A stretch of DNA of 64,000 bases, from NCBI GenBank assembly GCA_964649975.1, contig CAZYSM010000008.1, forward strand, positions 3,094 through 67,093, in the 5' to 3' direction. A program made the translations under genes and the position numbers. The stretch comes from an uncultured Bacteroidales bacterium (lineage in GTDB: Bacteria > Bacteroidota > Bacteroidia > Bacteroidales > S143-33). Below, one piece after another: positions 1 through 12,454 of the stretch (its first letter is position 1; each line of letters opens with the position of its first letter). The notes below the pieces were generated by a model. It ran no database searches. It was not told where the DNA came from and saw nothing but the letters and a program-made list of their open reading frames with translations.

Positions 1-2300
1 GGAAACAAAGTGAATTTCTGCATAACCCATCTACCAGGCTTCTTATTGTTATATTCATACGTAAATTCGTAATAATACGGATTTAAGTGATTATAAACGT
101 TATAAACACTAATTGTCCAGGTACGGGTTCCGCTATGTTTCTTTTTGGAAAAATGCAGAGCTATATCCAAACGGTGATAATCCTCCATACGGGAACTATT
201 ACGTGGCTCCCACAGCATCATAGTAAAGAAATCATAGTGTCCAACATTGTTCTCTACTGGCAAATAAGCAATAGGCCTGGTATAAGGATAACCTGTTCCG
301 TAAACCCAATCTGCGGAAAATACAATATTAGGCTTAATCCTGTGCATAACAACAATGCTCAAATCATGTGGGCGGTCATACCTAAAAGGATATGGCTGTC
401 CATTATTGATGCTGTTAAAACGACGGAAAGAACGGCTATAAGTATAAGCAATCCAGCCAGTTGTGCGTCCTGATTTCTTTTGCAATAGCAATTCTATTCC
501 ATAAGCCCAACCAGTGCCGTTGGTTTCCAGGGTATTTTGCCAGTGGGAAATAATGGAATAAATATTATAACCATCAGGATAAGTAACCAGATTATCCATA
601 GTTTTATAAAAGCCCTCAGCGGAAAACTCCATTCCTTTATAAGATTTATAAAGCCCAATAGACCATTGTCTGGCCTGAGCAGGTAAAATCTCAGTTGTGG
701 AAGGTAGCCATAAATCCACTGGTATTTCGGTATAAGCAAATCCAGAAACACGATGAACAAACTGTGTGGTAAAGGCATAAGAAGCTTTTACAGAAAAATT
801 CTTAAAAGGTTCATAACGCAAAGTAATCCTTGGCTCAGGAGAAAAATAAAATTTCTTTTGTTCTAAAAAACTGTAATTAACAAGTCTTAATCCAGCATTC
901 ATACCAAATTTTCCAATATTAACATTAAAATCCACATAAGCAGAGTTTTCCATAACCGGTATTTTCTCCGAGCTAATATCAAAAGCAGTATCAACCGTTG
1001 TGCTATCAGCTGCATAAAAATAAGAGTAATGGGATGCAAAAGGGCGGAAATTATGAAAGATGTTCTGCGTTCCAAAATTCAACCTTAATTTATTGCTAAT
1101 TATCCAGGAAAAATCATAATTCAATGCCATATCGTTAATTCCAGAAAAGTTTTTATATAAAAATTTTGTTTCAGGTTTCTCAGCAAAGTAATTTGTAGAA
1201 TAGCCGTAACGGAATAAAGTATAAGTAAGCGTAAGATTGGAAAATAGCCTGTAATTCCATATATGATTCCAGCGCAATGCAAACAAAGTATTACCCCAGC
1301 GACTTGTAGCATTAGCTCTGACACCGTCATTTCTTGGCATATGAAGGGTTAATGGGTCGTTTCCGTTATAAAAAGAAAAGAAAAGACGGTTTTTCCTGTT
1401 AAAAAAATAATTGTATTTAAGATTAATGTCATAAAAAGCATAATAAAAATACACATCTGTTCCAGTTGCAAGGTAAGTAAAAGGAATCAAAGCCCACCCT
1501 ACGGGAGAGGTACGGAAAGAAAACAACAACGAACTGGTATCTTTTTTCAGTGGATATTCCAACAAAATCTTACTTATCAACAGCCCGGATGTGAATGAAC
1601 CGGAATATTTTTTCATATTACCGTTTTTCATAGACACGTCCAGCACAGCTGACAAGCGGCCTCCATAACGAGCAGGGAAATCCCCTTTATACAATTTCAC
1701 GTTATTAATAGCATCGGAATTGAAAACAGAAATAAAGCCGCCCAGGTGATTAACATAATACAGAGGCACATCATCCAACAAAATCAAGTTCTGGTCATCA
1801 CTTCCTCCTCTGACCAATAGTCCTGCCTGTCCTTCGCCGCCGGCCTGTACCCCTGGCATAAAACGAAAAGCCTTAATAATATCTGTCTCTCCACCAAGAG
1901 CAGGTAATAATCTAATCTGTTCCATGGGGATATGCGCCAGGCTCGTGATATTTGCCTTATCAGTAGCAGGACTACCTACTACCACAACCTCCTTTAAAGT
2001 AGTAGAAGATGTAAGCCGGAAAATAATAGTTTGAGGCTTAGTCAGCTTCACTTGCATAGTATCAGGATAAAATCCAACAAAGCTTGCTACAAGTAAATGT
2101 TTTCCCGGAGAGAGAGTAATTGAATAGTATCCGTAATTATTAGTAATGGCAAAATTACTGGTTCCTGGCTCATATATGGTAGCCCCTATAATAGGCTCTC
2201 CACTCTGGCTATCAAAGACATATCCGTTAACAGTAATTGTCTGTGCCAACAACAAATGAAACATAAAAAACATTATGGAAAAAGAAAAAGCTTTTTTCAT
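1..2300 (-). CDS. TonB-dependent outer-membrane receptor with N-terminal carboxypeptidase-regulatory-like domain; C-terminal end lies beyond the window
   Basis: Absent from the ORF track because it has no stop in the window. I scanned the minus-strand frame from ATG (2300..2298) to position 1 and found no stop in 766 codons. The N-terminus MKKAFSFSIMFFMFHLLLAQTITVNGYVFDSQSGEPIIGATIYEPG reads as signal peptide plus CarboxypepD_reg-like domain. A plug-like MPGVQAGGEGQAGLLVRGGS follows. Confidence 0.85.
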   Translation of the reverse strand, partial: MKKAFSFSIMFFMFHLLLAQTITVNGYVFDSQSGEPIIGATIYEPGTSNFAITNNYGYYSITLSPGKHLLVASFVGFYPDTMQVKLTKPQTIIFRLTSSTTLKEVVVVGSPATDKANITSLAHIPMEQIRLLPALGGETDIIKAFRFMPGVQAGGEGQAGLLVRGGSDDQNLILLDDVPLYYVNHLGGFISVFNSDAINNVKLYKGDFPARYGGRLSAVLDVSMKNGNMKKYSGSFTSGLLISKILLEYPLKKDTSSLLFSFRTSPVGWALIPFTYLATGTDVYFYYAFYDINLKYNYFFNRKNRLFFSFYNGNDPLTLHMPRNDGVRANATSRWGNTLFALRWNHIWNYRLFSNLTLTYTLFRYGYSTNYFAEKPETKFLYKNFSGINDMALNYDFSWIISNKLRLNFGTQNIFHNFRPFASHYSYFYAADSTTVDTAFDISSEKIPVMENSAYVDFNVNIGKFGMNAGLRLVNYSFLEQKKFYFSPEPRITLRYEPFKNFSVKASYAFTTQFVHRVSGFAYTEIPVDLWLPSTTEILPAQARQWSIGLYKSYKGMEFSAEGFYKTMDNLVTYPDGYNIYSIISHWQNTLETNGTGWAYGIELLLQKKSGRTTGWIAYTYSRSFRRFNSINNGQPYPFRYDRPHDLSIVVMHRIKPNIVFSADWVYGTGYPYTRPIAYLPVENNVGHYDFFTMMLWEPRNSSRMEDYHRLDIALHFSKKKHSGTRTWTISVYNVYNHLNPYYYEFTYEYNNKKPGRWVMQKFTLF

Positions 2301-2325
2301 AACATAAAGATTTATGACTAAAAAA

Positions 2326-3309
2326 TTAATAGTTTAACAAAGAATCGATGAAATGTTGATCCAAACTAACAGGAAAGGTGGAGGAATCTACTGTTTCATT
2401 ATATCCTGCAAAAATACCATAGCCTCCTATAACATTTGAATAAGGCGAGATAACAATTCCCGAAGTCTGCCATATCCCTTCATCAGTATTAAAATACTTT
2501 ACTATTTGCAGCTTGTATTTATAAGCTTCACTGGATAAAACACGCAAATGTATTTGCAAATTCTTTATCAAATAACCATAGAGAGTTTTTGAGGTCTCAT
2601 TAATCAAAAAACTGACTTTAACTGATGATGTTTTTATGTATTTATCAGAAAAAATAAGGCTATAACCAAAAGACGCATTTTCCAACAAAACAGGATTGTA
2701 AGTTGAAATATAAAAAAGATTGGTATCCAGATAAACTGTATCAATGTCATCTGATCCCAAATCAGAATAAACTATTTCTGGCCTTAGATCAGTGACATAT
2801 AATTCATAATAATTTTTTTCATCTGGTTCATCGGCCAAAGAAAAGCCGTATTTCAAATAATGATTAACCCCCAGGTCTCCAGCTCTTTCTATTCTCCCCA
2901 GAAATTGCACTCCGGAAATAATTGTCTTTTGTGGGACATAACTCTCTGCTTCTGCTTTACCATAGATGCTATGCCATACTATCATTTTATATTTTCTCCC
3001 AGCAACAGGATGATAGCCAGTAGGCGAAACATACCATCCATTACCTCGCGAAAGAAAAACCTGATAGAAGCTATTGTCCACATACAAAGAGCACACAGCA
3101 TCATCAAGCCAGATGAGGGTATCAGCACGGTCAAACTCGTTCAGCCCCACACTACGTCCTACTCTCACCTTAAAAATACTATCAGGCGAGAAAAACGAAA
3201 GCATCACCAGTTGCGGTTTTATATCCACAAAATCCGCATCAACGATTTTATAACATGACGGAAACAGAAAGATTATCCCAAACAATAATACAGCCACATA
3301 TTTTTTCAT
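2326..3309 (-). CDS. DUF4249-like lipoprotein, downstream partner of the TonB receptor
   Basis: 327-aa ORF 25 nt downstream of the receptor gene. Lipoprotein signal MKKYVAVLLFGIIFLFPSC. Family assignment is from recalled sequence character and gene context only. Confidence 0.5.
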   Translation of the reverse strand: MKKYVAVLLFGIIFLFPSCYKIVDADFVDIKPQLVMLSFFSPDSIFKVRVGRSVGLNEFDRADTLIWLDDAVCSLYVDNSFYQVFLSRGNGWYVSPTGYHPVAGRKYKMIVWHSIYGKAEAESYVPQKTIISGVQFLGRIERAGDLGVNHYLKYGFSLADEPDEKNYYELYVTDLRPEIVYSDLGSDDIDTVYLDTNLFYISTYNPVLLENASFGYSLIFSDKYIKTSSVKVSFLINETSKTLYGYLIKNLQIHLRVLSSEAYKYKLQIVKYFNTDEGIWQTSGIVISPYSNVIGGYGIFAGYNETVDSSTFPVSLDQHFIDSLLNY

Positions 3310-3358
3310 AACGCATCTAATTTAAAAAAGCTGCTGCCCTCGCCAGGAGGGCAACAGC

Positions 3359-3970
3359 TTAGTTTGTCTTTGCCAAGCGGAATCTCAATCCCACTTGCCA
3401 GCTTACCAAACTACCCTTATAGCTATAAGACAATGGAGATAACATTAGATTATAAACCGGGCTGAAACTTATACCTGTAAAAATATCAAAATTTCTCAAA
3501 TCATATATCAATTTTCCCCGTATCATAGGAGTTAACGTAAAGAACGATCCTACGGCCATATAGGCATCTCCCATTTCTTCCTGGAATGTAGCCAGATAAT
3601 TCATACCATTTAATCCGGCAGAAAAGCTTATTTTTAGAGGTTTATCGTGTCTGAAAACATATCCTATTCCCAAAGAACCATATGTATAGCTTAAAATAAT
3701 AAGCATTGAACTGGGCTTATAATACGACCTTACAAAACCACGAGAAAAATCAATATCATAAAAAATACCGTTGTCTCCTGTTTTTGAATATCCCAATGAT
3801 GTGCTATAAGACATCACCGAAAACATCCTGTCTGGATAGGTCTGATCAAAATAAGTCAGTCTCTTGAACTTAAATATATCAGCTTTTACCGAAGTGGTAA
3901 AATACTGCTGCGAAAAAGCCCTAACGCCAACAAACAAGGAAAATAAGCCCAAAACAAATAGTTTCTTCAT
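3359..3970 (-). CDS. hypothetical secreted protein, probable small outer-membrane beta-barrel
   Basis: 203-aa ORF with signal peptide MKKLFVLGLFSLFVGVRAFSQQ. Tyr/Gly/Ser-rich alternating pattern. Same strand as the receptor pair. Confidence 0.45.
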   Translation of the reverse strand: MKKLFVLGLFSLFVGVRAFSQQYFTTSVKADIFKFKRLTYFDQTYPDRMFSVMSYSTSLGYSKTGDNGIFYDIDFSRGFVRSYYKPSSMLIILSYTYGSLGIGYVFRHDKPLKISFSAGLNGMNYLATFQEEMGDAYMAVGSFFTLTPMIRGKLIYDLRNFDIFTGISFSPVYNLMLSPLSYSYKGSLVSWQVGLRFRLAKTN

Positions 3971-4096
3971 GGTATCAAAGTTTTAATAATATTTGCATAA
4001 AACAACACCTATTTTCCCGATTCAAATAAAAGAAATTAACTAAATCTTGAAAATAGTTTAACATAAAATAAGAAAATACTTAAAACCCTTACAAAC

Positions 4097-4130
4097 AAAA
4101 AAGCGAGGCTGCAAGCAGCCTCGCTTTTTT
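4097..4130 (-). terminator. intrinsic terminator after rpoC (A6/T6-flanked, potentially bidirectional)
   Basis: aaaaaaGCGAGGCTGcaagCAGCCTCGCtttttt: 9-bp GC-rich stem with a 4-nt loop, flanked by A and T tracts, 20 nt past the rpoC stop. Confidence 0.8.
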
Positions 4131-4149
4131 CGCTAAACAAAATCTATAT

Positions 4150-7100
4150 TTATACCTCTTCGGTTTCCTCCTGCTGCTGCGGATCGTCAACCGACCATAC
4201 TTCAATGTTCTGGAACTGGCGCAAGCCTGTACCAGCCGGGATAAGATGTCCGACAATGACGTTTTCCTTGAGACCACGCAGATAGTCGGTCTTACCAGCA
4301 ATAGCAGCTTCGGTGAGCACCTTGGTTGTTTCCTGGAACGAAGCAGCAGATATCCAGCTTTCTGTTTCCAGAGCAGCACGGGTAATACCCTGCAACATCT
4401 GTATAACAGTAGCCGGACGGGCATCACGTGCCTCTATCGGACGCAAAGCACGACGACGCAGCCAGGAGTTTTCTTCACGCAGACGACGTAGAGAAATCAG
4501 CTGTCCCTTGCGTACACGCTGCGAATCGCCCGGGTCTTCAACTACTTTCATTCCGAACAGACGTTCATTAGCTTCCATAACACGCTGACGGTCAACCACC
4601 TGTCCTTCAAGGAATTCCGTATCACCCGGATCCTGTATCTGTACCTTCTTCATCATCTGGCGCACAATAACCTCAAAATGTTTGTCATTAATGGTAACGC
4701 CCTGGAGACGGTAAACCTCCTGAATTTCGTTTACAAGATACTCCTGAACAGCAGTCAGGCCCTTAATGCGCAATATATCCTGAGGAGATATACGACCGTC
4801 GCACAATGGGTCACCAGCCTTTACATAATCACCTTCCTGTACCAGGATCTGACGGGACAGTGGCACCATATATTTCTTAACAGTACCGGTCTTGGATTCT
4901 ACAAAAATTTCCTTATTACCACGTTTAACTTTTCCGAAACGGACAATACCGTCAATCTCGGTAATAACAGCAGGATTAGAAGGATTACGTGCCTCAAACA
5001 ATTCCTGTACACGTGGCAAACCACCTGTAATGTCGCTCGTGGAACCAAGGATACGTGGAATCTTAACAATATATTCACCTGCAATAACCCTATCTCCGTC
5101 TTTCTTCAACAGACGTGCACCAACAGGCAGGTTGTATCTGGCCAGCTCATTACCATTCTCGTCCACGATAATAGCCTCAGGTATCTTTGTCTTATCCTTG
5201 GCTTCAATGATAACTTTTTCAACGAAATTGGTCTGCTCGTCGCGTTCTTCCTTATATGTGACGTCTCTATAGAGGTCTTTGAACTTGATAATACCTGAGT
5301 ATTCAGCAACAGTAACGTTGTTATATGGATCCCATTCGCTGATAACATCGCCTTTTTTAACAGCATCTCCGTCATTGAAATAGAGCTTGGAACCATAGAT
5401 GAGCTTATGAGTGGAAAGTGTAATATTTGTCTGCGGGTCGTAAATACGCAGCTCCGAAGCACGGCTGACCACAATATCCACGGCCTGGCCTGTTTCCGGA
5501 TCTTCATATTTAACTGTTCTCAGGTCTTCAATTTCAATTTTTCCGTCATATCTGGATGTAATAGTGGACTGAGCAGTTACACCGCCAGCAACACCACCCA
5601 CGTGGAATGTACGCAAAGTCAGCTGTGTACCAGGCTCACCAATTGACTGGGCAGCAATCACACCAACAGCCTCACCCACACGTACAAGTTTACCTGTAGC
5701 AAGGTTCTGTCCATAACACTTAGCACATACTCCGAACTTAGCCTCACAAGTGAGCACCGAACGGATGTAAACTTCCTGTATTGGTGACTCTTCAATCTTT
5801 TTAGCTATCTCATCTGTGATAAGCTCACCAGCAGCAACAATCAGCTCGTTGGTAATAGGATGATAAACATCGTCCACAGCAACACGTCCGCGGATACGGT
5901 CATATAGCGATTCAACAATTTCCTCGTTTTTCTTAATAGCAGTAGCAGCTATACCACGAAGGGTTCCACAGTCTTCGGTAGTAACAATAACATCCTGAGC
6001 CACATCAACCAGACGACGGGTAAGATAACCCGCGTCAGCTGTCTTCAGAGCCGTGTCGGCCAGACCTTTACGGGCACCGTGGGTAGAAATAAAGTATTCC
6101 AGCACCGAAAGACCTTCCTTAAAGTTTGAAAGAATCGGGTTCTCAATAACAGCCGGCGCAGCACCAGATTTCTGTGGTTTATTCATCAAACCACGCATAC
6201 CAGCCAGCTGCTTAATCTGCTCCTTAGAACCACGAGCACCCGAATCAAGCATCATATAAATAGAGTTGAAGCCGTCGTTGTCTTCAGCCAGACGCTTGGT
6301 CAATATCTCAGTCAGACGGTTGTTAACAGTGGTCCAGATGTCAATAATCTTGTTATAACGCTCGTTATTAGTGATATAACCCATATTATACATCTCCCAT
6401 ATCTCTTCCACCTGCTTATGACCATCTTCAACGAGCTTTTGTTTTTCTTTCGGAATAATGACCTCATCAAGGTTAAATGACAATCCACCACGGAAAGCCA
6501 TTTCATAACCCAGCGCCTTAATATCATCCAGGAACTTAGCTGTAACAGTAGTTCCTTTACGTTTCAAAATATCAGCAATAATAACCCTCAAAGATTTCTT
6601 TGTAAGAACCTCGTTAATAAAAGGTATTCCTTTGGGTACCACCTGGTTAAATACTATTCTACCAACAGTAGTTTCTATTAATTTTGTAACTTTCTTCCCA
6701 TCATCTTCCTCAACTGTCAGACGCACTTTTACACGTGCGTGCATATCCACAGCACGCTCATTATAAGCAATAAGAGCTTCCTCTGGAGAGGCAAAAATAA
6801 CACCTTCACCTTTAATCTTATTCTCTGGTGTGCTGCGACGTTCTTTAGTCAGATAATACAACCCAAGTACCATATCCTGCGAGGGCACAGTAATAGGAGC
6901 ACCATTCGCAGGGTTAAGGATATTATGTGCAGCCAGCATCAACAACTGGGCTTCCAGGATAGCCATATTGCTCAATGGCAGGTGCACAGCCATCTGGTCA
7001 CCGTCAAAGTCAGCGTTAAATGGCGTACATACCAGAGGATGCAGTTGAATAGCACGTCCTTCTATGAGCTTGGGTTGGAAAGCCTGGATAGACAAACGGT

Positions 7101-8433
7101 GAAGTGTAGGAGCACGGTTAAGCAATACCGGATGCCCCTTCATAATATTTTCAAGGATTTCCCAGATAACAGGGTCGCGGCGGTCAACAATACGTTTTGC
7201 CGATTTTACAGTCTTAACGATACCACGCTCTATCAAACGGCGGATAATAAATGGCTTATACAACTCAGCTGCTATATCCTTGGGCAAACCGCATTCATAC
7301 ATCTTGAGCTCCGGACCAACCACAATAACCGAACGTGCAGAATAGTCAACACGTTTACCCAGGAGGTTCTGACGGAAACGACCCTGCTTACCTTTGAGGT
7401 TATCCGAAAGCGATTTCAAAGGACGGTTCTGCTCTGATTTTACAGCTGTTGTACGACGTGAGTTATCCAACAAAGCATCCACAGCCTCCTGCAACATACG
7501 TTTCTCATTACGCATAATCACTTCCGGAGCCTGTATCTCTATCAATCTCTTCAGACGCTTGTTACGGATAATAACACGGCGATACAGGTCATTAAGGTCA
7601 GAGGTTGCAAAACGTCCGCCATCCAGCGGTACCAACGGACGCAAATCCGGAGGTATCACAGGTATCACCTTAAGCACCATCCACTCAGGACGGTTAACAC
7701 GACGGGATTGACGGAAAGCGTTAATTACGTGCAAACGCTTGGAAGCCTCTGCCTTTCTCTGTTTGGAAGTCTCTTTTTCTGCTTTTTCCTTAAGTTCGTA
7801 ATACAAAGCATCCAGATCAAGACGGCTGAGCAAATCATAAATAGCCTCAGCCCCCATCTTTGCTATAAACTTATTGGGGTCGGAGTCGTCCAATTCCTGA
7901 TTTCCTTTGGGCAAACTTTCCAGTATTTCAAGATACTGCTGCTCGGTAAGGAAATCCATATATTTAATGCCATCCTGTTCTTTTATTCCAGGCTGGATAA
8001 CAACATAGCGCTCGTAATAAATAATTGACTCAAGTTTTTTTCCGGGGATACCGAGCAGATATGCAATCTGATTGGGGCTATAACGGGTGTACCATATATG
8101 TACCACAGGCACTACAAGCTCTATGTGCCCCATACGTTCACGGCGCACTTTCTTTTCAGTGACCTCCACGCCGCAACGGTCACAAACAATACCTTTATAA
8201 CGTATTCCACGATATTTTCCGCAATGACATTCATAATCCTTTACCGGACCAAATATTCTTTCGCAGAATAAGCCGTCACGTTCCGGCTTATAGGTTCTGT
8301 AGTTAATTGTTTCTGGTCTGGTAACTTCGCCGTAAGAACGCCGCAAAATATCTTCGGGCGAAGCCAGACTGATGGTTATTTTGTTAAAATCCGAAGGATC
8401 CTGAACGTTCAGTTTTTTGACTTTTGGAAACAT
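4150..8433 (-). CDS. rpoC: DNA-directed RNA polymerase subunit beta'
   Basis: 1427 aa. Zinc-binding [23 protein letters not shown] and catalytic [12 protein letters not shown] motif. Confidence 0.99.
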   Translation of the reverse strand: MFPKVKKLNVQDPSDFNKITISLASPEDILRRSYGEVTRPETINYRTYKPERDGLFCERIFGPVKDYECHCGKYRGIRYKGIVCDRCGVEVTEKKVRRERMGHIELVVPVVHIWYTRYSPNQIAYLLGIPGKKLESIIYYERYVVIQPGIKEQDGIKYMDFLTEQQYLEILESLPKGNQELDDSDPNKFIAKMGAEAIYDLLSRLDLDALYYELKEKAEKETSKQRKAEASKRLHVINAFRQSRRVNRPEWMVLKVIPVIPPDLRPLVPLDGGRFATSDLNDLYRRVIIRNKRLKRLIEIQAPEVIMRNEKRMLQEAVDALLDNSRRTTAVKSEQNRPLKSLSDNLKGKQGRFRQNLLGKRVDYSARSVIVVGPELKMYECGLPKDIAAELYKPFIIRRLIERGIVKTVKSAKRIVDRRDPVIWEILENIMKGHPVLLNRAPTLHRLSIQAFQPKLIEGRAIQLHPLVCTPFNADFDGDQMAVHLPLSNMAILEAQLLMLAAHNILNPANGAPITVPSQDMVLGLYYLTKERRSTPENKIKGEGVIFASPEEALIAYNERAVDMHARVKVRLTVEEDDGKKVTKLIETTVGRIVFNQVVPKGIPFINEVLTKKSLRVIIADILKRKGTTVTAKFLDDIKALGYEMAFRGGLSFNLDEVIIPKEKQKLVEDGHKQVEEIWEMYNMGYITNNERYNKIIDIWTTVNNRLTEILTKRLAEDNDGFNSIYMMLDSGARGSKEQIKQLAGMRGLMNKPQKSGAAPAVIENPILSNFKEGLSVLEYFISTHGARKGLADTALKTADAGYLTRRLVDVAQDVIVTTEDCGTLRGIAATAIKKNEEIVESLYDRIRGRVAVDDVYHPITNELIVAAGELITDEIAKKIEESPIQEVYIRSVLTCEAKFGVCAKCYGQNLATGKLVRVGEAVGVIAAQSIGEPGTQLTLRTFHVGGVAGGVTAQSTITSRYDGKIEIEDLRTVKYEDPETGQAVDIVVSRASELRIYDPQTNITLSTHKLIYGSKLYFNDGDAVKKGDVISEWDPYNNVTVAEYSGIIKFKDLYRDVTYKEERDEQTNFVEKVIIEAKDKTKIPEAIIVDENGNELARYNLPVGARLLKKDGDRVIAGEYIVKIPRILGSTSDITGGLPRVQELFEARNPSNPAVITEIDGIVRFGKVKRGNKEIFVESKTGTVKKYMVPLSRQILVQEGDYVKAGDPLCDGRISPQDILRIKGLTAVQEYLVNEIQEVYRLQGVTINDKHFEVIVRQMMKKVQIQDPGDTEFLEGQVVDRQRVMEANERLFGMKVVEDPGDSQRVRKGQLISLRRLREENSWLRRRALRPIEARDARPATVIQMLQGITRAALETESWISAASFQETTKVLTEAAIAGKTDYLRGLKENVIVGHLIPAGTGLRQFQNIEVWSVDDPQQQEETEEV

Positions 8434-8500
8434 AGAGTCAAATTTTTTAGTTAAAATTTAAAATAATCAAAGAGGTCCGCACAGAGGCGGACAAGTATAA

Positions 8501-11500
8501 TTAGTTTTCGTCTTTCTCAAGGCGAACATTAAGAGCCAGACCGCGCAGCTCGTGCAAGAGCACGTTAAATGATTCAGGAATACCAGGTTTGGGCAACGGA
8601 CGACCTTTGACAATAGCTTCATAAGTCTTGGAACGTCCGTCCACATCGTCCGATTTAACCGTAAGTATTTCCTGCAGAATATGAGCTGCACCGAAAGCTT
8701 CCAGAGCCCATACCTCCATTTCACCAAAACGCTGTCCACCAAACTGGGCTTTACCACCCAGAGGCTGCTGTGTAATCAAGGAATAAGGACCAATAGCTCT
8801 GGCGTGAACCTTATCATCTACCATGTGTGCCAGTTTCAGCATATAAATAACACCCACGGTAGCCGGCTGATGGAAACGCTCGCCAGTAAGACCGTCATAC
8901 AAATAAGTCTTTCCGTAACGCGGCAATCCGGCTTTATCTGTATATTGAGTTATCTCTTCCAGAGTAGCACCGTCAAAAATCGGAGTATAGAAACGCAAGC
9001 CCAGTTTTTTACCTGCCCAGCCAAGGACTGTTTCAAAAATCTGTCCAAGGTTCATACGCGAAGGCACACCCAGAGGGTTAAGCACAATGTCAACAGGTGT
9101 ACCGTCTTCCAGGAATGGCATATCTTCCATACGGACAATCTTGGCCACAACACCCTTATTACCATGGCGACCAGCCATTTTATCACCAACCTTGAGCTTA
9201 CGTTTCTTTGCCAGATAAACCTTGGCCATCTGCACAATGCCTACAGGCAGCTCATCGCCTACCATAAGGTTATGCAAACGACGCTGATAAGAAGCCTCCA
9301 GCTCCTTATACTTGATATAGTAATTGTGCAAAATTTTCTCTATCAGCTCGTTATTCTTCTTGTCAGAGGTCCACTTCTTCGGATTAATCTCAAGGAAATT
9401 AACGCCTTCAAATACTTTTTCCGAGAATTTAATGCCCTTGGGTATAACCTCGTTATCGTAATAATCCTTTACGCCCTGAGAAACTTTACCCTTAACAACT
9501 TTCAAAAGCTTTTCAATAAGCTGATCGGTAAGTTTTTCTTTTTCCAGTTCATATTCCTGATCCAGACGCTGACGCATAGGATCGCTGGCGCGCAGACGTC
9601 TCTTTGCACGTGTAAACAATTTCTTATCAATCACAATACCACCATCTCCAGGCGACACTCTCAATGAAGCATCTTTAACATTACCAGCTTTTTCTCCAAA
9701 GATAGCTATCAGGAGTTTTTCCTCAGGAGTGAGGTCTGACTCTCCCTTAGGCGTAATCTTACCAATAAGAATATCCCCAGGACGCACCTTGGCACCTACG
9801 CGGATAATACCATTCTCATCCAGATTCTTAGTGGCATCCTCGCTCACATTCGGAATATCAGGCGTAAGCTCTTCCAGACCACGTTTAGTCTCTCTAACCT
9901 CCAGCTGATGTTCATCAATATGTATTGAAGTAAAAATATCCTCACGGATAACTCGCTCGGAAATAACAATAGCGTCCTCAAAGTTATATCCCTTCCACGG
10001 CATAAATGCCACGAGCAAGTTTTTACCAAGAGCCAGCTCACCTTTGGATGAGGCAAAGCCCTCGGTGAGTATATCTCCTTTCTTAACCTTCTGGCCTTTA
10101 CGGACAATAGGCCTGAGGTTAAGGCACATATTCTGGTTAGTTTTGCGGAACTTAGGCAGTTTATATTCCTTAACGTCGCCCTCAAAAGAAATAAGTCGTT
10201 CTTCCTCGGAACGTTCATAACGAATAACAATTCTCATAGCATCCACATACTCAACCACACCGTCGGCCTCAGCAATGATTTGATAACGGGAGTCGCGTAC
10301 CACCTTAGGCTCCAGTCCTGTTCCTACAATAGGTGCCTCAGTTCTCATCAAAGGAACAGCCTGACGCATCATGTTAGATCCCATCAAAGCACGGTTAGCG
10401 TCGTTATGTTCCAGGAATGGTATCAACGAAGCCGACACTGAAGCTATCTGGTTGGGCGCAACGTCTATCAAATGCACCTCTTTTGGAGTAACTACCGGGA
10501 AATCACCATTATGCCTACTCTTAATCCTGTTGCTCAATAAGGTACCGTCATCGTCTACCTCAGCATTAGCCTGGGCAATAACCTTTCCTTCTTCCTCCTC
10601 GGCACTATAATAACGCCAGCTGGAATAATCCACCTTTCCGTCCTTAACCTCGTAATATGGTGTCTCAATGAAACCAAGATCATTAATTTTTGCATAAACA
10701 CACAAAGACGAGATAAGACCGATGTTCGGACCTTCGGGCGTCTCAATAGGACAAAGACGTCCATAGTGGGAATAATGCACGTCGCGAACCTCAAAACCAG
10801 CTCTCTCACGCGTGAGACCGCCGGGACCCAGTGCGGAAGTACGACGCTTATGCGTCATTTCCGACAGTGGATTGGTTTGATCCATAAACTGAGAAAGCTG
10901 ATTGGTACCAAAGAATGAATTTATAACAGACGAAAGGATACGTGCATTAATCAAATCAACAGGAGTAAAGACCTCATTATCACGAACATTCATTCTTTCA
11001 CGTACTGTACGTGCCAGACGTGCCAGACCAACGCTAAACTGATTATAAAGCTGCTCACCAACAGTACGCACACGACGGTTACTCAAATGGTCTATGTCGT
11101 CTATCTCTTTATTACTGTTAATAAGCTCAATCATGTGCTTAATAATCTCTACAATATCCTGATTGGTCAGCACACGTGTATCCAGGTCAATATCCAGTCC
11201 TAATTTCTTATTAATTTTATAACGACCAACTTCTCCCAGATCATAACGCTTATCTGAGAAAAACAATTTCTCAAAGACATCTCGTGCAGTTTCCTCATCC
11301 GGTGGTTCAGCATTACGCAACAAACGATAGATATGTATCAAAGCCTGTATCTGAGAGTTAGTAGGATCTTTCTGTAATGTGTTAAATATAATTGAATGCA
11401 GTGCCTGATTTTTATCATCTTTATGAATAAGTATTGTCTTAACCCCAGCTTCCTCAATCAAAGGCAGGTGTTCCTCTTCCAGGATGGTTTCACGTTCTAT

Positions 11501-12301
11501 TAAAACCTCGTTACGCTCCAGAGAAACAACTTCGCCAGTATCTTCATCAACAAAATCCTCAACCCATGTTTTAACAATTCTTGCAGCTAATTTTTTACCC
11601 AAAAGATTTTTGAGGTTATCAGGTGTAACTTCAAATTCCTCGGCAATATCAAAAATCTTAAGAATATCATTATCAGTCTCATATCCAATAGCACGCAGCA
11701 AAGTAGTAACAGGCAATTTCTTTTTACGGTCAATATAAGCGTACATCACATTATTAATATCCGTAGCGAATTCAATCCAGGCACCTTTGAAAGGAATGAT
11801 TCGCGCCGAATATAATTTAGTGCCATTAGGATGGATACTCTGAGCAAAGAAAACTCCGGGCGAACGATGCAACTGTGAAACAATAACTCTTTCGGCACCA
11901 TTAATAATAAAGGAACCGCGCGGGGTCATATAAGGTATTTCACCCAGATAAACGTCCTGTATAATAGTTTCAAAGTCCTCGTGTTCGGGGTCGGTACAAT
12001 ACAATTTCAGTTTCACTCTGAGTGAAACGCTATAGGTGAGGCCTCTTTCCAGGCACTCTTCCATAGTATATTTAGGAGGGTCAAGAGTATAATCAAGGAA
12101 TTCAAGGACAAAATTATTACGCGAGTCGGTTATAGGAAAATTTTCCTGAAAGACTCTGTAAAGGCCTTCTTTTTGGCGCTGTTCCGGAGTAGAATTTAAC
12201 TGAAAAAATTCTTTGAAGGAATCAAGCTGAACAGACAGAAAATCAGGATATTGCGGTTCGTGCTTGAGGCTGGAGAAGTTAATAATTTTTGTGTCAGACA
12301 T
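8501..12301 (-). CDS. rpoB: DNA-directed RNA polymerase subunit beta
   Basis: 1266 aa. Conserved blocks [39 protein letters not shown] and [15 protein letters not shown]. Confidence 0.99.
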   Translation of the reverse strand: MSDTKIINFSSLKHEPQYPDFLSVQLDSFKEFFQLNSTPEQRQKEGLYRVFQENFPITDSRNNFVLEFLDYTLDPPKYTMEECLERGLTYSVSLRVKLKLYCTDPEHEDFETIIQDVYLGEIPYMTPRGSFIINGAERVIVSQLHRSPGVFFAQSIHPNGTKLYSARIIPFKGAWIEFATDINNVMYAYIDRKKKLPVTTLLRAIGYETDNDILKIFDIAEEFEVTPDNLKNLLGKKLAARIVKTWVEDFVDEDTGEVVSLERNEVLIERETILEEEHLPLIEEAGVKTILIHKDDKNQALHSIIFNTLQKDPTNSQIQALIHIYRLLRNAEPPDEETARDVFEKLFFSDKRYDLGEVGRYKINKKLGLDIDLDTRVLTNQDIVEIIKHMIELINSNKEIDDIDHLSNRRVRTVGEQLYNQFSVGLARLARTVRERMNVRDNEVFTPVDLINARILSSVINSFFGTNQLSQFMDQTNPLSEMTHKRRTSALGPGGLTRERAGFEVRDVHYSHYGRLCPIETPEGPNIGLISSLCVYAKINDLGFIETPYYEVKDGKVDYSSWRYYSAEEEEGKVIAQANAEVDDDGTLLSNRIKSRHNGDFPVVTPKEVHLIDVAPNQIASVSASLIPFLEHNDANRALMGSNMMRQAVPLMRTEAPIVGTGLEPKVVRDSRYQIIAEADGVVEYVDAMRIVIRYERSEEERLISFEGDVKEYKLPKFRKTNQNMCLNLRPIVRKGQKVKKGDILTEGFASSKGELALGKNLLVAFMPWKGYNFEDAIVISERVIREDIFTSIHIDEHQLEVRETKRGLEELTPDIPNVSEDATKNLDENGIIRVGAKVRPGDILIGKITPKGESDLTPEEKLLIAIFGEKAGNVKDASLRVSPGDGGIVIDKKLFTRAKRRLRASDPMRQRLDQEYELEKEKLTDQLIEKLLKVVKGKVSQGVKDYYDNEVIPKGIKFSEKVFEGVNFLEINPKKWTSDKKNNELIEKILHNYYIKYKELEASYQRRLHNLMVGDELPVGIVQMAKVYLAKKRKLKVGDKMAGRHGNKGVVAKIVRMEDMPFLEDGTPVDIVLNPLGVPSRMNLGQIFETVLGWAGKKLGLRFYTPIFDGATLEEITQYTDKAGLPRYGKTYLYDGLTGERFHQPATVGVIYMLKLAHMVDDKVHARAIGPYSLITQQPLGGKAQFGGQRFGEMEVWALEAFGAAHILQEILTVKSDDVDGRSKTYEAIVKGRPLPKPGIPESFNVLLHELRGLALNVRLEKDEN

Positions 12302-12350
12302 TTTTTGTCCCGGATTTTAAAGTTTATTAAATAAATAAAAGTATAACGAT

Positions 12351-12387
12351 AAAAAGGTTTAGTATCCCCCGCAAGGGATACTAAACC
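12351..12387 (-). terminator. strong hairpin plus T-tract between rplL and rpoB (attenuator/partial terminator)
   Basis: Perfect 13-bp stem GGTTTAGTATCCC/GGGATACTAAACC (12356..12368 and 12375..12387) with a 6-nt loop. On the minus strand it is followed by TTTTT (12351..12355). Confidence 0.65.
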
Positions 12388-12454
12388 TAATTACCGTCAT
12401 ACCAGAAGGTTGACGAGCAGAGTCAAATTTATTAGGAAATCCTCCAAGGTGTTG

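Noticed and set aside
87-1330. Track ORFs 87..473(+), 494..778(-) and 1121..1330(-) at the left edge
   Set aside because: All lie inside, and out of frame with or antisense to, the 766-codon TonB-receptor frame that the track omits. The receptor frame has clear domain motifs.
8681-9667. 328-aa plus-strand ORF inside rpoB, with similar ones in rpoC at 4678..5298 and 6739..7437
   Set aside because: For 8681..9667 I confirmed it is the codon-aligned shadow frame of rpoB. I did not check the phase of the two rpoC ORFs, but they are wholly antisense to the well-supported rpoC gene. None has recognisable motifs or independent signals.
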